From: a virus
Length of the DNA: 64,000 bases
Reading direction: 5' to 3' (one strand)
Virus record (IMG/VR): IMGVR_UViG_3300045988_176782
Coordinates: 32,001-96,000 of that record
The stretch's first letter is position 1. Each line of letters starts with the position of its first letter. The notes beneath the pieces are model-generated. The model saw only the letters and a list, made by a program, of their open reading frames with translations, was not told the origin of the DNA and did no database searches. The position numbers and the translations under genes are program-made. Of this stretch, positions 49,027 to 57,035 are shown one piece after another.

Positions 49027-49374
49027 ATGTTTGAATCTCGTGAAAATCTTCTAGATGAAATCATTTCGCAGGCCATTTCTGATGAAGTTTTCTGCCACAA
49101 CGTTCTCAAGCCCACCATTGAAGATTATGGCGATACAGCTGATGAAGCTGAATGGAAAACTACCGCGCAGGTCGCGGTTGGCGGCTATGTAAAGGATAAT
49201 TTTTCCGTGGAGCTGAGTCAAGCGTGGAAAATCGCGCAAAACCTTTTCACCAAGGAAGATATTGAGTATATGGCCGATGCCTTTATGAACTACTATGAAG
49301 AAGAAATTGAGGAAGCGCGAGCCGAATCCATTGAAAGGCATAAAGCAAAAATGAAAGAACTTTTTGGGGAGTAA
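49027..49374 (+). CDS. hypothetical acidic early protein (115 aa)
   Basis: ATG 49027 follows GAAAGGTGG, in frame with ORF-track 49015. Confidence 0.6.
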   Translation: MFESRENLLDEIISQAISDEVFCHNVLKPTIEDYGDTADEAEWKTTAQVAVGGYVKDNFSVELSQAWKIAQNLFTKEDIEYMADAFMNYYEEEIEEARAESIERHKAKMKELFGE

Positions 49375-49398
49375 AGTCCCCAATTTCATTTTTATTTT

Positions 49399-49417
49399 CT
49401 TTATGTTAAACATAAAG
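49399..49417 (+). repeat. early-cassette palindrome copy 7
   Basis: CTTTATGTTAAACATAAAG. Followed by TTGCAA-17-TATACT and gene 49503. Confidence 0.9.
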
Positions 49418-49502
49418 AAAAGAAGATTGCAATTTTCCCTTTAATATAGTATACTTATATCGTCCAAAAGGACATACCAATTTTAGAAAGAAGGTTTTTA
49501 CT

Positions 49503-49811
49503 ATGACAAAGGTTTCGGAACTCGTCTTTTCCAATCACTGTTTGCAGGAACGTCTTTACCGCATCAATCTAATTGAGGAAAAAATTGGTTATGGGCAGAT
49601 TGTAAAAGAATCCTATTGGCGCGGAAGTTATCATTTTCTAACTGACACTGGCGTGGCGTTTGTGGTAGATAATGATAAGCATTATATCATTACTCTTTAT
49701 TTGGTAGATGAAGGACAAGCAAATCGTTTGTACGGCGGAAAAATTCCTAAAAGTTTGCAAAAGAAAATCAGTAAAAATATTTCAATGGGATATGTAAAAT
49801 TGAGGGATTAA
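49503..49811 (+). CDS. hypothetical early protein (102 aa)
   Basis: RBS GAAAGAAGG. Stop in the loop of GAGGGAT TAAA ATCCCTC. Confidence 0.6.
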   Translation: MTKVSELVFSNHCLQERLYRINLIEEKIGYGQIVKESYWRGSYHFLTDTGVAFVVDNDKHYIITLYLVDEGQANRLYGGKIPKSLQKKISKNISMGYVKLRD

Positions 49812-49828
49812 AATCCCTCTCTGTTTTT

Positions 49829-49847
49829 CTTTATGTTAAACATAAAG
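49829..49847 (+). repeat. early-cassette palindrome copy 8
   Basis: CTTTATGTTAAACATAAAG. Followed by TTGACA-17-TATAAT and gene 49936. Confidence 0.9.
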
Positions 49848-49935
49848 AAAATCCCTCTTGACAAATTACGCCACTTCCTTTATAATTAAGACGTTCCCAG
49901 AAGGGAGCAACCAAAAACGAAAGGTGGTTTTCACT

Positions 49936-50271
49936 ATGATGACTTCTTCTACCTTCTACTTTGACCGTGCCCGCAATGGTTACGTATTCCGCCGTATGAA
50001 CCGCGCAGAATGGTACGAGACTTCTCATCTACTCCGCCGCTTCCACCTGACCGAAGGAATGGTGTTGGGGAGCTGGTACGAGGAACAGTTCTTCATGTTC
50101 TACAGTGGCTATGAGGGCTATGGCGTAGAAATCTCACCGTTGGACTCTGGCAAGACGAGCTACATCATGAGCTGCCGCCGTCTTTACCAGCTGGCCGAGA
50201 GCGAAGAAGAGCGGCGAACCCAACTGGAAAATGCACGCGAATGGTATAACAAATATATTAAGGCTCATTGA
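49936..50271 (+). CDS. hypothetical early protein (111 aa)
   Basis: ATG 49936 follows GAAAGGTGG, in frame with ORF-track 49858. Confidence 0.6.
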   Translation: MMTSSTFYFDRARNGYVFRRMNRAEWYETSHLLRRFHLTEGMVLGSWYEEQFFMFYSGYEGYGVEISPLDSGKTSYIMSCRRLYQLAESEEERRTQLENAREWYNKYIKAH

Positions 50272-50290
50272 GCCTTAATTTTATTTTCTT

Positions 50291-50309
50291 CCTTATGTTA
50301 AACATAAAG
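50291..50309 (+). repeat. early-cassette palindrome copy 9
   Basis: CCTTATGTTAAACATAAAG. Followed by TTGCAT-17-TGaTACTAT and gene 50395. Confidence 0.9.
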
Positions 50310-50394
50310 AAAATGGTATTGCATTTTCTTCCCCGATATGATACTATATAGGTGTTCCAAGGGGAACGAAATAAAGAAAAGGACGGTGCAAACT

Positions 50395-50616
50395 ATGTAT
50401 ACTAAAATTGATAAACGACAGGCGCGCAAACTCTGGAATGAGGGCAAAAATTTTACTATGGTATCTTGCAATCTGCGGCCAGAGTTTGGAATCAATGTAA
50501 ATTCTGCGAGCTGGAAGCAACTTAAGGACTTTGATAAGCTCATCAATGAGTTTAGCTATTATAACTGCGGAGACTCTGCGCGTGGCCGCTACCCGGCATT
50601 TTATGTGGAGCTGTAA
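50395..50616 (+). CDS. hypothetical early protein (73 aa)
   Basis: ATG 50395 follows AAAAGGA, in frame with ORF-track 50338. Stop in the loop of GTGGAGC/GCTCCAC. Confidence 0.55.
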   Translation: MYTKIDKRQARKLWNEGKNFTMVSCNLRPEFGINVNSASWKQLKDFDKLINEFSYYNCGDSARGRYPAFYVEL

Positions 50617-50631
50617 AAGCTCCACTATATT

Positions 50632-50650
50632 CTTTATGTTAAACATAAGG
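50632..50650 (+). repeat. early-cassette palindrome copy 10
   Basis: CTTTATGTTAAACATAAGG. Followed by TTGACA-17-TGaTATTAT and gene 50726. Confidence 0.9.
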
Positions 50651-50725
50651 AAGCTGGCATTGACACAAACAAAAACTTTTGATATTATATAGATGTTCTA
50701 AGGAACAAGAAAGGAAGTAAAAGGT

Positions 50726-51118
50726 ATGACGATTGGTGCTTGGATTTTGGTTATTATCTTGGGTATTATTGGAATTGGTTTTGCTATATTTTATTTTCTT
50801 GACGATGAAAAAACTCATGGACTGGTGGCTATACTAATTACTATTATTGTAATTGGTGGTCTAATCCTTGGTTTGTCTTGGTTTTATAATAATACTGGTT
50901 CTGGCCTCCGTGCAATGAAAGACCAGCAGAGCAATCTTAACAACGGTATCAACCGCGACATTAAAGTTGTTGAAAGCAATGGTTTTGTTTCCTACGAATT
51001 TAGCGGCAAGGCTGATTTGGAAACGCACGACGATTATATTGTATTTGAAAGTGAAGGTAAGCGCACTATTATTTACAAGAGTTATACTAGCACGATTGTA
51101 ATTACGGAAATTGATTAA
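50726..51118 (+). CDS. early membrane protein, two TM helices (130 aa)
   Basis: RBS AAAGGAAG. The N-terminal ~60 aa form two hydrophobic helices. Confidence 0.6.
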   Translation: MTIGAWILVIILGIIGIGFAIFYFLDDEKTHGLVAILITIIVIGGLILGLSWFYNNTGSGLRAMKDQQSNLNNGINRDIKVVESNGFVSYEFSGKADLETHDDYIVFESEGKRTIIYKSYTSTIVITEID

Positions 51119-51144
51119 AGGGAGACTTCTCCCTTCCTTAAATT

Positions 51145-51163
51145 CTTTATGTTAAACATAAAG
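51145..51163 (+). repeat. early-cassette palindrome copy 11
   Basis: CTTTATGTTAAACATAAAG. Followed by TTGACA-17-TGtTATAAT and gene 51227. Confidence 0.9.
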
Positions 51164-51226
51164 AAAAAATAATTGACACAAAAATAATTTTCTGTTATAA
51201 TCTTTTTACGAAAGGGGTTGAAAGAT

Positions 51227-51418
51227 ATGGATAATTCAAAGTACCCTATGATTTTTGGTCAAGGTGAGCGATTGGGATACTATGCCTATGTGTTGGACTG
51301 GAATAGTTGTTGCGTCAAGTTGCGTATTCCTGTTGGTATGTTTACATTTTTCTATGATGAATGGTATAGCTGGGATGAAGCCATGGAGCTGTATAATTTT
51401 GAAGGAGTTGAGCTGTAA
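51227..51418 (+). CDS. hypothetical early protein (63 aa)
   Basis: ATG 51227 follows GAAAGGGG, in frame with ORF-track 51218. Confidence 0.55.
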   Translation: MDNSKYPMIFGQGERLGYYAYVLDWNSCCVKLRIPVGMFTFFYDEWYSWDEAMELYNFEGVEL

Positions 51419-51603
51419 TGACAAATTTTGAGAGAGAAGAACAGGCAATTTTGACAGAAGCTGCAAGCACAAAAGCTAATATTTTCCGTATGATTAAAGA
51501 CCAGCTGCTAACAGAAGAAGAAGGCTACTTATGGCTCAATGACAAGCTGCTGATACTCCAAGAACGTTGGTTCCAGCTCCATCGCAAGTTGATGGAAGGT
51601 TAA
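51418..51603 (+). CDS. hypothetical early protein (61 aa)
   Basis: TAATG overlap with the upstream gene. Stop in the loop of GGAAGGT TAA ACCTTCC. Confidence 0.55.
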   Translation: MTNFEREEQAILTEAASTKANIFRMIKDQLLTEEEGYLWLNDKLLILQERWFQLHRKLMEG

Positions 51604-51619
51604 ACCTTCCACTCAAATT

Positions 51620-51638
51620 CCTTATGTTAAACATAAAG
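51620..51638 (+). repeat. early-cassette palindrome copy 12
   Basis: CCTTATGTTAAACATAAAG. Followed by TTGTAT-17-TGtTATTAT and gene 51708. Confidence 0.9.
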
Positions 51639-51707
51639 AAACAAACCTTGTATTTTTTCGCAAACTATGTTATTATCTAATTGTTCCAAGAGGAACAGAA
51701 AGGAAGT

Positions 51708-52127
51708 ATGAATATGAATCAGATGGACGGAAATTTCTCTCATCAGGTTTGGCAGAGCGCAGTGCAATTCCAGAAGGAAACCATTGGCAAGAACAATAAC
51801 TTGTATGAGTTCCTTCAGTGGGTTAGCGAGAAAGCTAACAACAAAGACACCTATCGGTGGGCTGATGCCGTCAATAACTATGCCGCAGGCCGCTACACCG
51901 TGGAAACCTTCGTGAAGGGCCGCAATGTGGTTGTGTATGTGGGCGATGAGGTTGATAATGTGTTCTGCCGTGGTTCTGCTCATTGCAACAAGGACGACCA
52001 CTTTGATTCTAATATTGGCCGCGCCATTGCGCTGTATCGTGCGCTTTCCAGTCTGGAAGATGGCAAAGACGACAGCGGTATCTACAATCCCAAGCGAACC
52101 GACCTTGAGCCGCCGTTTGACATCTAA
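51708..52127 (+). CDS. early protein with C-terminal C..D.FD.NIGRAIA..RAL motif (139 aa)
   Basis: ATG 51708 follows GAAAGGAAG. ...GSAHCNKDDHFDSNIGRAIALYRAL is shared with gene 52459. Confidence 0.6.
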   Translation: MNMNQMDGNFSHQVWQSAVQFQKETIGKNNNLYEFLQWVSEKANNKDTYRWADAVNNYAAGRYTVETFVKGRNVVVYVGDEVDNVFCRGSAHCNKDDHFDSNIGRAIALYRALSSLEDGKDDSGIYNPKRTDLEPPFDI

Positions 52128-52160
52128 TGGAAATGGGGATTTTCCCTATTTCATTTAATT

Positions 52161-52179
52161 CCTTATGTTAAACATACAG
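52161..52179 (+). repeat. early-cassette palindrome copy 13
   Basis: CCTTATGTTAAACATACAG. Followed by TTGACA-17-TGaTATTAT and gene 52256. Confidence 0.9.
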
Positions 52180-52255
52180 AAAACCATATTGACAATTTTC
52201 CCCCGAAATGATATTATATCACTGTTCCAATAGGGAACGAGGAAGGAGAAACACC

Positions 52256-52441
52256 ATGTATACCAAAAATGTTGAAGTCCTCAAGAAGGTTTTGGCTTCC
52301 CGTGTTCAACGGTTGAAGCAGGTATCTGTTGAAGTCAATAATCTTTCTAAAGAGGTTGGCACGCTCGCAGGTACAATGCAACGATTGGGCGTGTCGTCGG
52401 TAGAAGTTGGCAAAATTATCGCAGATAACTCTAAGTTCTAA
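52256..52441 (+). CDS. hypothetical early protein (61 aa)
   Basis: ATG 52256 follows GGAAGGAG, in frame with ORF-track 52208. Confidence 0.55.
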   Translation: MYTKNVEVLKKVLASRVQRLKQVSVEVNNLSKEVGTLAGTMQRLGVSSVEVGKIIADNSKF

Positions 52442-52458
52442 GAAAGGAAGCTGGGACT

Positions 52459-52704
52459 ATGAATACTATTGGTCAGTGGGCAGCTAGGATTAACAGCAAA
52501 TATAAGGAAAACGTCATCTGCACCTATCGCAAGCAGAAGAAAATCCGTGTTGTTCTTTGGAACGATTACGGTATTATGACGTGGGGCGATGCCTATTGCA
52601 AAAAGGGAGACCAATTTGATATTAACATTGGCCGCGCCATTGCAATTGCAAAAGCGTTGGAAATTCCCCTGCATCCAGACCTAATGCCAATTAAGACGGA
52701 GTAA
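52459..52704 (+). CDS. early protein, paralogue of the 51708 C-terminal domain (81 aa)
   Basis: ...GDAYCKKGDQFDINIGRAIAIAKAL. RBS GAAAGGAAG. Confidence 0.6.
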   Translation: MNTIGQWAARINSKYKENVICTYRKQKKIRVVLWNDYGIMTWGDAYCKKGDQFDINIGRAIAIAKALEIPLHPDLMPIKTE

Positions 52705-52721
52705 TTCCGTCTTTTATTTTT

Positions 52722-52740
52722 CTTTATGTTAAACATAAAG
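52722..52740 (+). repeat. early-cassette palindrome copy 14
   Basis: CTTTATGTTAAACATAAAG. Followed by TTGACA-17-TGtTATACT and gene 52827. Confidence 0.9.
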
Positions 52741-52826
52741 AAAATCTTATTGACACAAATGCCGCCTTCTGTTATACTAACATTGTTCCTAAGGGAACGA
52801 AATAAATAAAAAAGGTGGAGAGAATA

Positions 52827-53387
52827 ATGACCAATACTTACGGTGAAGTTTATGCCAAGGTTTCTTCCAAGGACTGCACGGTAAAAGACCTCCAAGAAAT
52901 CATCTGGAAGTATGCAAGTGAAGAAATGATGGAAATCCTCAAGTCTGGCAAGGTAGATGTTAATCTTGTTAAGACCCTCATGAACTATCACGGCAACAGT
53001 TACGGCGCACATGCTATGTTGCTGGATATGGGGTTCGGCAATTTGTATGAAGATATTCACATTCTCATCATGGAGTATGCAAGCACACACGAAAATTCTT
53101 GGCACGGCACTACTTGTTGTTATGACTTCAAAGATAACATGGATGCTTATATTAGTGCAAGGAAAACTAAAAAAATTGTTGCAGACAAAATCTGTGACAA
53201 TCCTCTGATTCAGAACTTGTATAAAAATGGCCACCGCACCTTTGCAAATAAAGCTATCTGTTTGCTTGCCAAGAGCGATGAAGAAAATAAGAGTGCAAAT
53301 AAAGTCCAGCAGAGAGCCTTGTATAATATGCGGGCAGAAAATTTCTTCAAGACTTTGGAAAAGGTTGTGGAGGAATTGGGAGAGTAA
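52827..53387 (+). CDS. hypothetical early protein (186 aa)
   Basis: ATG 52827 follows AAAAGGTGGAG, in frame with ORF-track 52815. Confidence 0.6.
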   Translation: MTNTYGEVYAKVSSKDCTVKDLQEIIWKYASEEMMEILKSGKVDVNLVKTLMNYHGNSYGAHAMLLDMGFGNLYEDIHILIMEYASTHENSWHGTTCCYDFKDNMDAYISARKTKKIVADKICDNPLIQNLYKNGHRTFANKAICLLAKSDEENKSANKVQQRALYNMRAENFFKTLEKVVEELGE

Positions 53388-53406
53388 TTCTCCCTTCCTT
53401 TTTTTT

Positions 53407-53425
53407 CCTTATGTTTAACATATAG
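53407..53425 (+). repeat. early-cassette palindrome copy 15
   Basis: CCTTATGTTTAACATATAG. Followed by TTGACC-17-TGtTATACT and gene 53493. Confidence 0.9.
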
Positions 53426-53492
53426 AAAACTTCCTTGACCTAATTTCATTTTCGTGTTATACTATTCACGAACTTGAAAGGAGGTTTGACCT

Positions 53493-54065
53493 ATGACCCA
53501 AAAGGAACACGCACTTAAACTCATTTCAGCTTTCTACGCCGAGTTCGGTATGGAGCGGGAATACTATGCTAATTACCCCAAAACTTCCAACCCTACCTAT
53601 AATCTGTATGCTGGCGTATTTCGTTTGACTATCGTCCCGAAAAATGCAAATTTCATCTTGAAGCTGGGCAAAACCGACACCGGAGACGAACAAAACGAAA
53701 ATGAAACCCGCATCTACAAGCTGGCGCAAGAGCAGAACTTGCAACACTGGTTTGCAAAACCTTTATTTATTATAAATGCTGGGCTATATACTTGGCACGC
53801 CTACGAGAAAGCATACTTCATTGGCGAAGCTGGGCAAAGCCCTTTGAAGGAAAAAGAAGTATCAGATGAAATCGTAGAACGCTATTGCAGTGCTTTGTAT
53901 ACTGATGAAATTGATAAATGGCCACATTATATTGCACATGAAAAAGTCGTTAATCGTCTTATTGACTTCTTTGAAGATTATGGGATTAACGACCTTCACG
54001 ACGGTAATTGGGGCTATTCTAAGCGGGCGCGTCATCTTATCTTCACCGACTATGCGGGATGTTGA
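53493..54065 (+). CDS. early protein with protein-kinase-like (APH-type) catalytic motifs (190 aa)
   Basis: GINDLHDGNWGY resembles the kinase catalytic loop (compare DLHPGN in APH kinases). IFTDYAG sits at the DFG-like position. The call is tentative. Confidence 0.55.
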   Translation: MTQKEHALKLISAFYAEFGMEREYYANYPKTSNPTYNLYAGVFRLTIVPKNANFILKLGKTDTGDEQNENETRIYKLAQEQNLQHWFAKPLFIINAGLYTWHAYEKAYFIGEAGQSPLKEKEVSDEIVERYCSALYTDEIDKWPHYIAHEKVVNRLIDFFEDYGINDLHDGNWGYSKRARHLIFTDYAGC

Positions 54066-54076
54066 AGTTAATAAAA

Positions 54077-54100
54077 TTGTAACAATTTTGTAACAATTTT
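54077..54100 (+). repeat. two overlapping TTGTAACAATTTT boxes (11-nt period) abutting a -35
   Basis: Units at 54077-89 and 54088-100, directly upstream of TTGACA 54105-10. This promoter lacks the standard palindrome. Confidence 0.7.
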
Positions 54101-54104
54101 GTGC

Positions 54105-54133
54105 TTGACAAAAAATTAAAAATATGGTATAAT
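54105..54133 (+). promoter_or_regulatory. promoter (consensus, extended -10)
   Basis: TTGACA 54105-10, 17-nt spacer, TGgTATAAT with -10 at 54128-33. Drives 54161 and 54346. Confidence 0.7.
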
Positions 54134-54160
54134 ATATATGTAAGATAAAGGAGGGATAGT

Positions 54161-54349
54161 ATGACTAAGATTTATTGCTTACCCAAAACTCCCGACGCAA
54201 ACGCAACTATGCGAAGAATCTGCGGACTTGTCCCTTGTTTGGGAAAAGTAAAGGCAAGTAAAAATTATATTTTCTTTTCCATCTCTTGCAGAGAAAAAGA
54301 CATTCAAATTGTAGAACGCATCTTGCGTCAAGGAGGTTATTTGGAATGA
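54161..54349 (+). CDS. hypothetical early protein (62 aa)
   Basis: RBS AAAGGAGGG. Confidence 0.55.
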   Translation: MTKIYCLPKTPDANATMRRICGLVPCLGKVKASKNYIFFSISCREKDIQIVERILRQGGYLE

Positions 54350-54525
54350 CGGAACGAGTTTATGTTATTATGTATGAAATTGAAGGCGAAAATTGGCTTA
54401 AATCGGTTGTTGATTGTGTTGTGCCCTCTTTAGAGCAAGCAGAAGAATACTGCTTGCGTAAAGAACGAGAACACCCTAATTTGATTTTCTATTGGGTTGC
54501 TTCCTTTCTAACGGATGAACCGTAA
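54346..54525 (+). CDS. hypothetical early protein (59 aa)
   Basis: ATGA overlap with the upstream gene. RBS AAGGAGG. In frame with ORF-track 54286. Confidence 0.55.
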   Translation: MTERVYVIMYEIEGENWLKSVVDCVVPSLEQAEEYCLRKEREHPNLIFYWVASFLTDEP

Positions 54526-54540
54526 GGTTCTCCCGGAAAT

Positions 54541-54559
54541 CCTTATGTTAAACATAAGG
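54541..54559 (+). repeat. early-cassette palindrome copy 16
   Basis: CCTTATGTTAAACATAAGG. Followed by TTGACT-16-TGcTATAAT and gene 54636. Confidence 0.9.
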
Positions 54560-54635
54560 AAGATTCGTTTGACTTTTCTTGTATCTATGCTATAATGAGT
54601 ATGTTCCAAAAAGGGACAGAAAGGACGTGCAGACT

Positions 54636-55052
54636 ATGCCGAAGAAAACCGAAGGTGCTTTGAAAACTGAACGCAGGGATTACTTTATGCAGAAAATCAA
54701 GGACTTCCTCACAGAACAAGGCGAAGATGTAGCTTTCATCAGTGGGAATACCATCAACCTCCCCACGGTAGATGAATACGAGAATGAACGCTGGATTGAA
54801 ATTAAAGTTTCCGTTCCTGCTGGTGCAAGGGGAGAAGAATATGACGGCTATTCTTTGCGAGAAGATTATGGCCTCAAAATCCGCGAACAGGCCGACAAGA
54901 AAGAACGACTTACAAAGGAAAAGGCGAAAAAGGCCGCAGAACAAAAAGTGAAGCGTGAAGCCCTTGCGAAGAAACGAGAAGAAGAACGAGCGGAGAAAGA
55001 CCGAATCAGAGCGGAACTTGACGCAAAGGAAGCGAACAAAGATGAAGAATAA
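54636..55052 (+). CDS. early protein with Lys/Glu-rich C-terminus (138 aa); family with 57941 and 62059
   Basis: ATG 54636 follows GAAAGGA, in frame with ORF-track 54579. Confidence 0.6.
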   Translation: MPKKTEGALKTERRDYFMQKIKDFLTEQGEDVAFISGNTINLPTVDEYENERWIEIKVSVPAGARGEEYDGYSLREDYGLKIREQADKKERLTKEKAKKAAEQKVKREALAKKREEERAEKDRIRAELDAKEANKDEE

Positions 55053-55275
55053 ATACTATGAGGTTGTTGCAGAACGCGCCCATCTTGGGCGCGGCAACAC
55101 CAATACAATAGCATTTTATTACAAGGCAGAAAACGCCCTTGACGCAATGAATAAAGTAAAACATCAAGGTGGAATAAAACGTTCCCGTGTGCCTTTAAGG
55201 GTGCAAGAGGTTTCGCAAGAAGAATACGAAAATAACATCAAGGTTTCAGCGTATGTTAGAGCGGGAGTTAGATAA
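55042..55275 (+). CDS. hypothetical early protein (77 aa)
   Basis: ATG 55042 overlaps the previous gene's end. In frame with ORF-track 54955. Confidence 0.5.
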   Translation: MKNKYYEVVAERAHLGRGNTNTIAFYYKAENALDAMNKVKHQGGIKRSRVPLRVQEVSQEEYENNIKVSAYVRAGVR

Positions 55276-55295
55276 GACTAACTCCCTTATTATTT

Positions 55296-55314
55296 CCTTA
55301 TGTTAAACATACAG
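55296..55314 (+). repeat. early-cassette palindrome copy 17
   Basis: CCTTATGTTAAACATACAG. Followed by TTGACA-17-TGcTATACT and gene 55391. Confidence 0.9.
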
Positions 55315-55390
55315 AAAAAAGTTTTGACAAAATCTAAAATCTTTGCTATACTATCATTGTTCCAAAAGGGACAGGAAAGGAGAAAGAACC

Positions 55391-55606
55391 ATGACACTAG
55401 ACGAATGTTGCCCTTATTGTGGAAGCGAGGATATTTTCTTCAAAGATTCCCGGCTTGACTATGTAGGTGGGATATTAGTAGAAACTAGTTTTGGCGTTTG
55501 TAAAAATTGCGAAAAAGACTTCAACATTGTAATAGATTACATTCCACGGATTCGCCGCTACTACAATCCTTCAACCTGCGACTATCTAAAAGGGGAGGAA
55601 TTTTAA
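55391..55606 (+). CDS. small zinc-ribbon protein (71 aa)
   Basis: CPYCGS...CKNCEK. ATG 55391 follows GGAAAGGAG. Confidence 0.6.
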   Translation: MTLDECCPYCGSEDIFFKDSRLDYVGGILVETSFGVCKNCEKDFNIVIDYIPRIRRYYNPSTCDYLKGEEF

Positions 55607-55607
55607 G

Positions 55608-55862
55608 ATGAATAGAACTTTCGTTTGTCATGTGTGGGATAAAGCAACCTATATTCTTGAGGCCGAAACCCCTGAAATAGCCGCAGAAATGGCACAAGAT
55701 ATGTTTGACGAGCGCAAACACGGTGTTTCAATTTCTGCACCGCAAACCCCGTGTCAGGTGGGGCAAGATTGCCCCGACAATTTGAATTGCACTTCTTGTG
55801 TAGCCTTGTATGCGAAAATGGATTCAGACGAAACCGAAAGGGAGGGCGTTTCTAATGATTAA
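55608..55862 (+). CDS. hypothetical early protein (84 aa)
   Basis: RBS GGGGAGG. Translationally coupled array. Confidence 0.55.
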   Translation: MNRTFVCHVWDKATYILEAETPEIAAEMAQDMFDERKHGVSISAPQTPCQVGQDCPDNLNCTSCVALYAKMDSDETEREGVSND

Positions 55863-56304
55863 GAAGATTGTTTATGTTACTGATGACGGCAAGACCTTTG
55901 AAAGCGAAGAAGATTGTTTGGAACATGAACAACGGCAACTTTATGCTAAAACCAACGTAAAGAATAACTTGTTTTGCTTTGATATGGAGAATAAGCGTTA
56001 CTTTCCTACTACCTATCAGGATTTTGAAAATCTTAAATCTTTCTTCTGTAAAACGCAAGAAACCTATGAGATTCTTCAACAGGTTGAAGAAAATGCAGAT
56101 GCAAGTTTTCTTCCTTTTGAAGGTGATAGCTATCAACCGCACGACTATGATGAAGAAGTCGTTCCTATCCTTAATGCTCATTGGGTATATGATAATGATG
56201 AATGGACTTGTTTAGAATATGAAGTAAAGAAAATTTCCGAAGCCATTCTTGAACAACAGAACCTTATTGAAGTTGCAAAGCAAAGTACAGGTTGGGAGAG
56301 TTAA
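55855..56304 (+). CDS. hypothetical early protein (149 aa)
   Basis: ATG 55855 follows GGGAGGG, in frame with ORF-track 55810. Confidence 0.55.
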   Translation: MIKKIVYVTDDGKTFESEEDCLEHEQRQLYAKTNVKNNLFCFDMENKRYFPTTYQDFENLKSFFCKTQETYEILQQVEENADASFLPFEGDSYQPHDYDEEVVPILNAHWVYDNDEWTCLEYEVKKISEAILEQQNLIEVAKQSTGWES

Positions 56305-56322
56305 TCTCTCCTAATTTTCCTT

Positions 56323-56341
56323 CCTTATGTTAAACATACAG
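56323..56341 (+). repeat. early-cassette palindrome copy 18
   Basis: CCTTATGTTAAACATACAG. Followed by TTGACA-17-TATACT and gene 56417. Confidence 0.9.
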
Positions 56342-56416
56342 AAAACAAAATTGACAAAAATGAAAATTTCCTATATACTATAACTGTTCTTAAGGGAACA
56401 GAAAGGAAGTTATTCT

Positions 56417-56617
56417 ATGAGAGATATTAGACGTATCCGCCGCATTACTGAACTTTTGGTAAAATTTTGGAATCGTCCCGAATGTCAAGATATGCGGTTT
56501 TGGCAGATGATGTCCTATCTTGGCGCCAAAGTGTTTGATGAAACCAAGTGCTCAGATTTCTTCTATCTGGAAGATGACGAGTTTGAAAGTTTTTTGAAAA
56601 AAATACTTGACAACTAA
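56417..56617 (+). CDS. hypothetical early protein (66 aa)
   Basis: RBS GAAAGGAAG. Its 3' end contains the tRNA-operon promoter. Confidence 0.55.
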   Translation: MRDIRRIRRITELLVKFWNRPECQDMRFWQMMSYLGAKVFDETKCSDFFYLEDDEFESFLKKILDN

Positions 56618-56635
56618 GAAAACTTATGATATACT
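56607..56635 (+). promoter_or_regulatory. early-type promoter of the tRNA operon
   Basis: TTGACA 56607-12, 17-nt spacer, TGaTATACT with -10 at 56630-35. Followed by the standard 5' hairpin GTTCC(56642-46)...GGAAC(56654-58). Confidence 0.7.
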
Positions 56636-56677
56636 AAATATGTTCCAAGGGTGAGGAACAAAAATAAAATCCCGCTT

Positions 56678-56765
56678 GGCGATGTGATGCAATAGGCGAG
56701 ACATAGCGCACTCAAAATGCGCCACATTAGAAACATTGTCGGTTCGAATCCGACCATCGCCACCA
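56678..56765 (+). tRNA. tRNA-Leu(CAA), type II (long variable arm), CCA encoded
   Basis: Acceptor GGCGATG/CATCGCC, 3-bp D stem, anticodon stem GCGCA/TGCGC with loop CUCAAAA, T arm GTCGG-TTCGAAT-CCGAC, then A-CCA. Confidence 0.8.
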
Positions 56766-57035
56766 AATGCCTTATGTGTTGGCGGCAGTTACATTAAAAG
56801 AACACTTCGGTTTATCCCCTCCGGAAGTGGGGTACATCCTGACCAAAAACTATCCGGGTTCAACTCCCGGCCTGCCTACGGGCGGGGCGTAGGTTGCATA
56901 GTGAGTAAGGTGGAGAAAGATAGGAATAAGTATCTACGCCAATAGATTTACTGTTCTGACCGCTTTCAGGGATGGACGTACCTTGGCGGGTACGTTTTCA
57001 AGGGAGAAAGGTGCGCAACTTTCTCTCATTCTTTT
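56766..57035 (+). ncRNA. unassigned structured RNA segment inside the tRNA operon
   Basis: Hairpins CACTTCGG/CCGGAAGTG (56803-29), tRNA-like T arm CCGGG-TTCAACT-CCCGG (56854-70), CCTACG/CGTAGG (56874-92), ACGTACC/GGTACGT+TTTT (56969-94), GAGAAAG/CTTTCTC (57005-26). I could not close an acceptor stem or find any CUA loop. Confidence 0.4.

Noticed and set aside
56886-56940. GGCGTAG...CTACGCC resembles a tRNA acceptor stem.
   Set aside because: Only 41 nt lie between the arms, there is no T loop, and it competes with the CCTACG/CGTAGG hairpin. It is too short for a tRNA.
56736-56945. A 69-aa ORF lies in the tRNA region.
   Set aside because: It starts with TTG inside the T arm of tRNA-Leu, has no RBS, and runs through stable hairpins.
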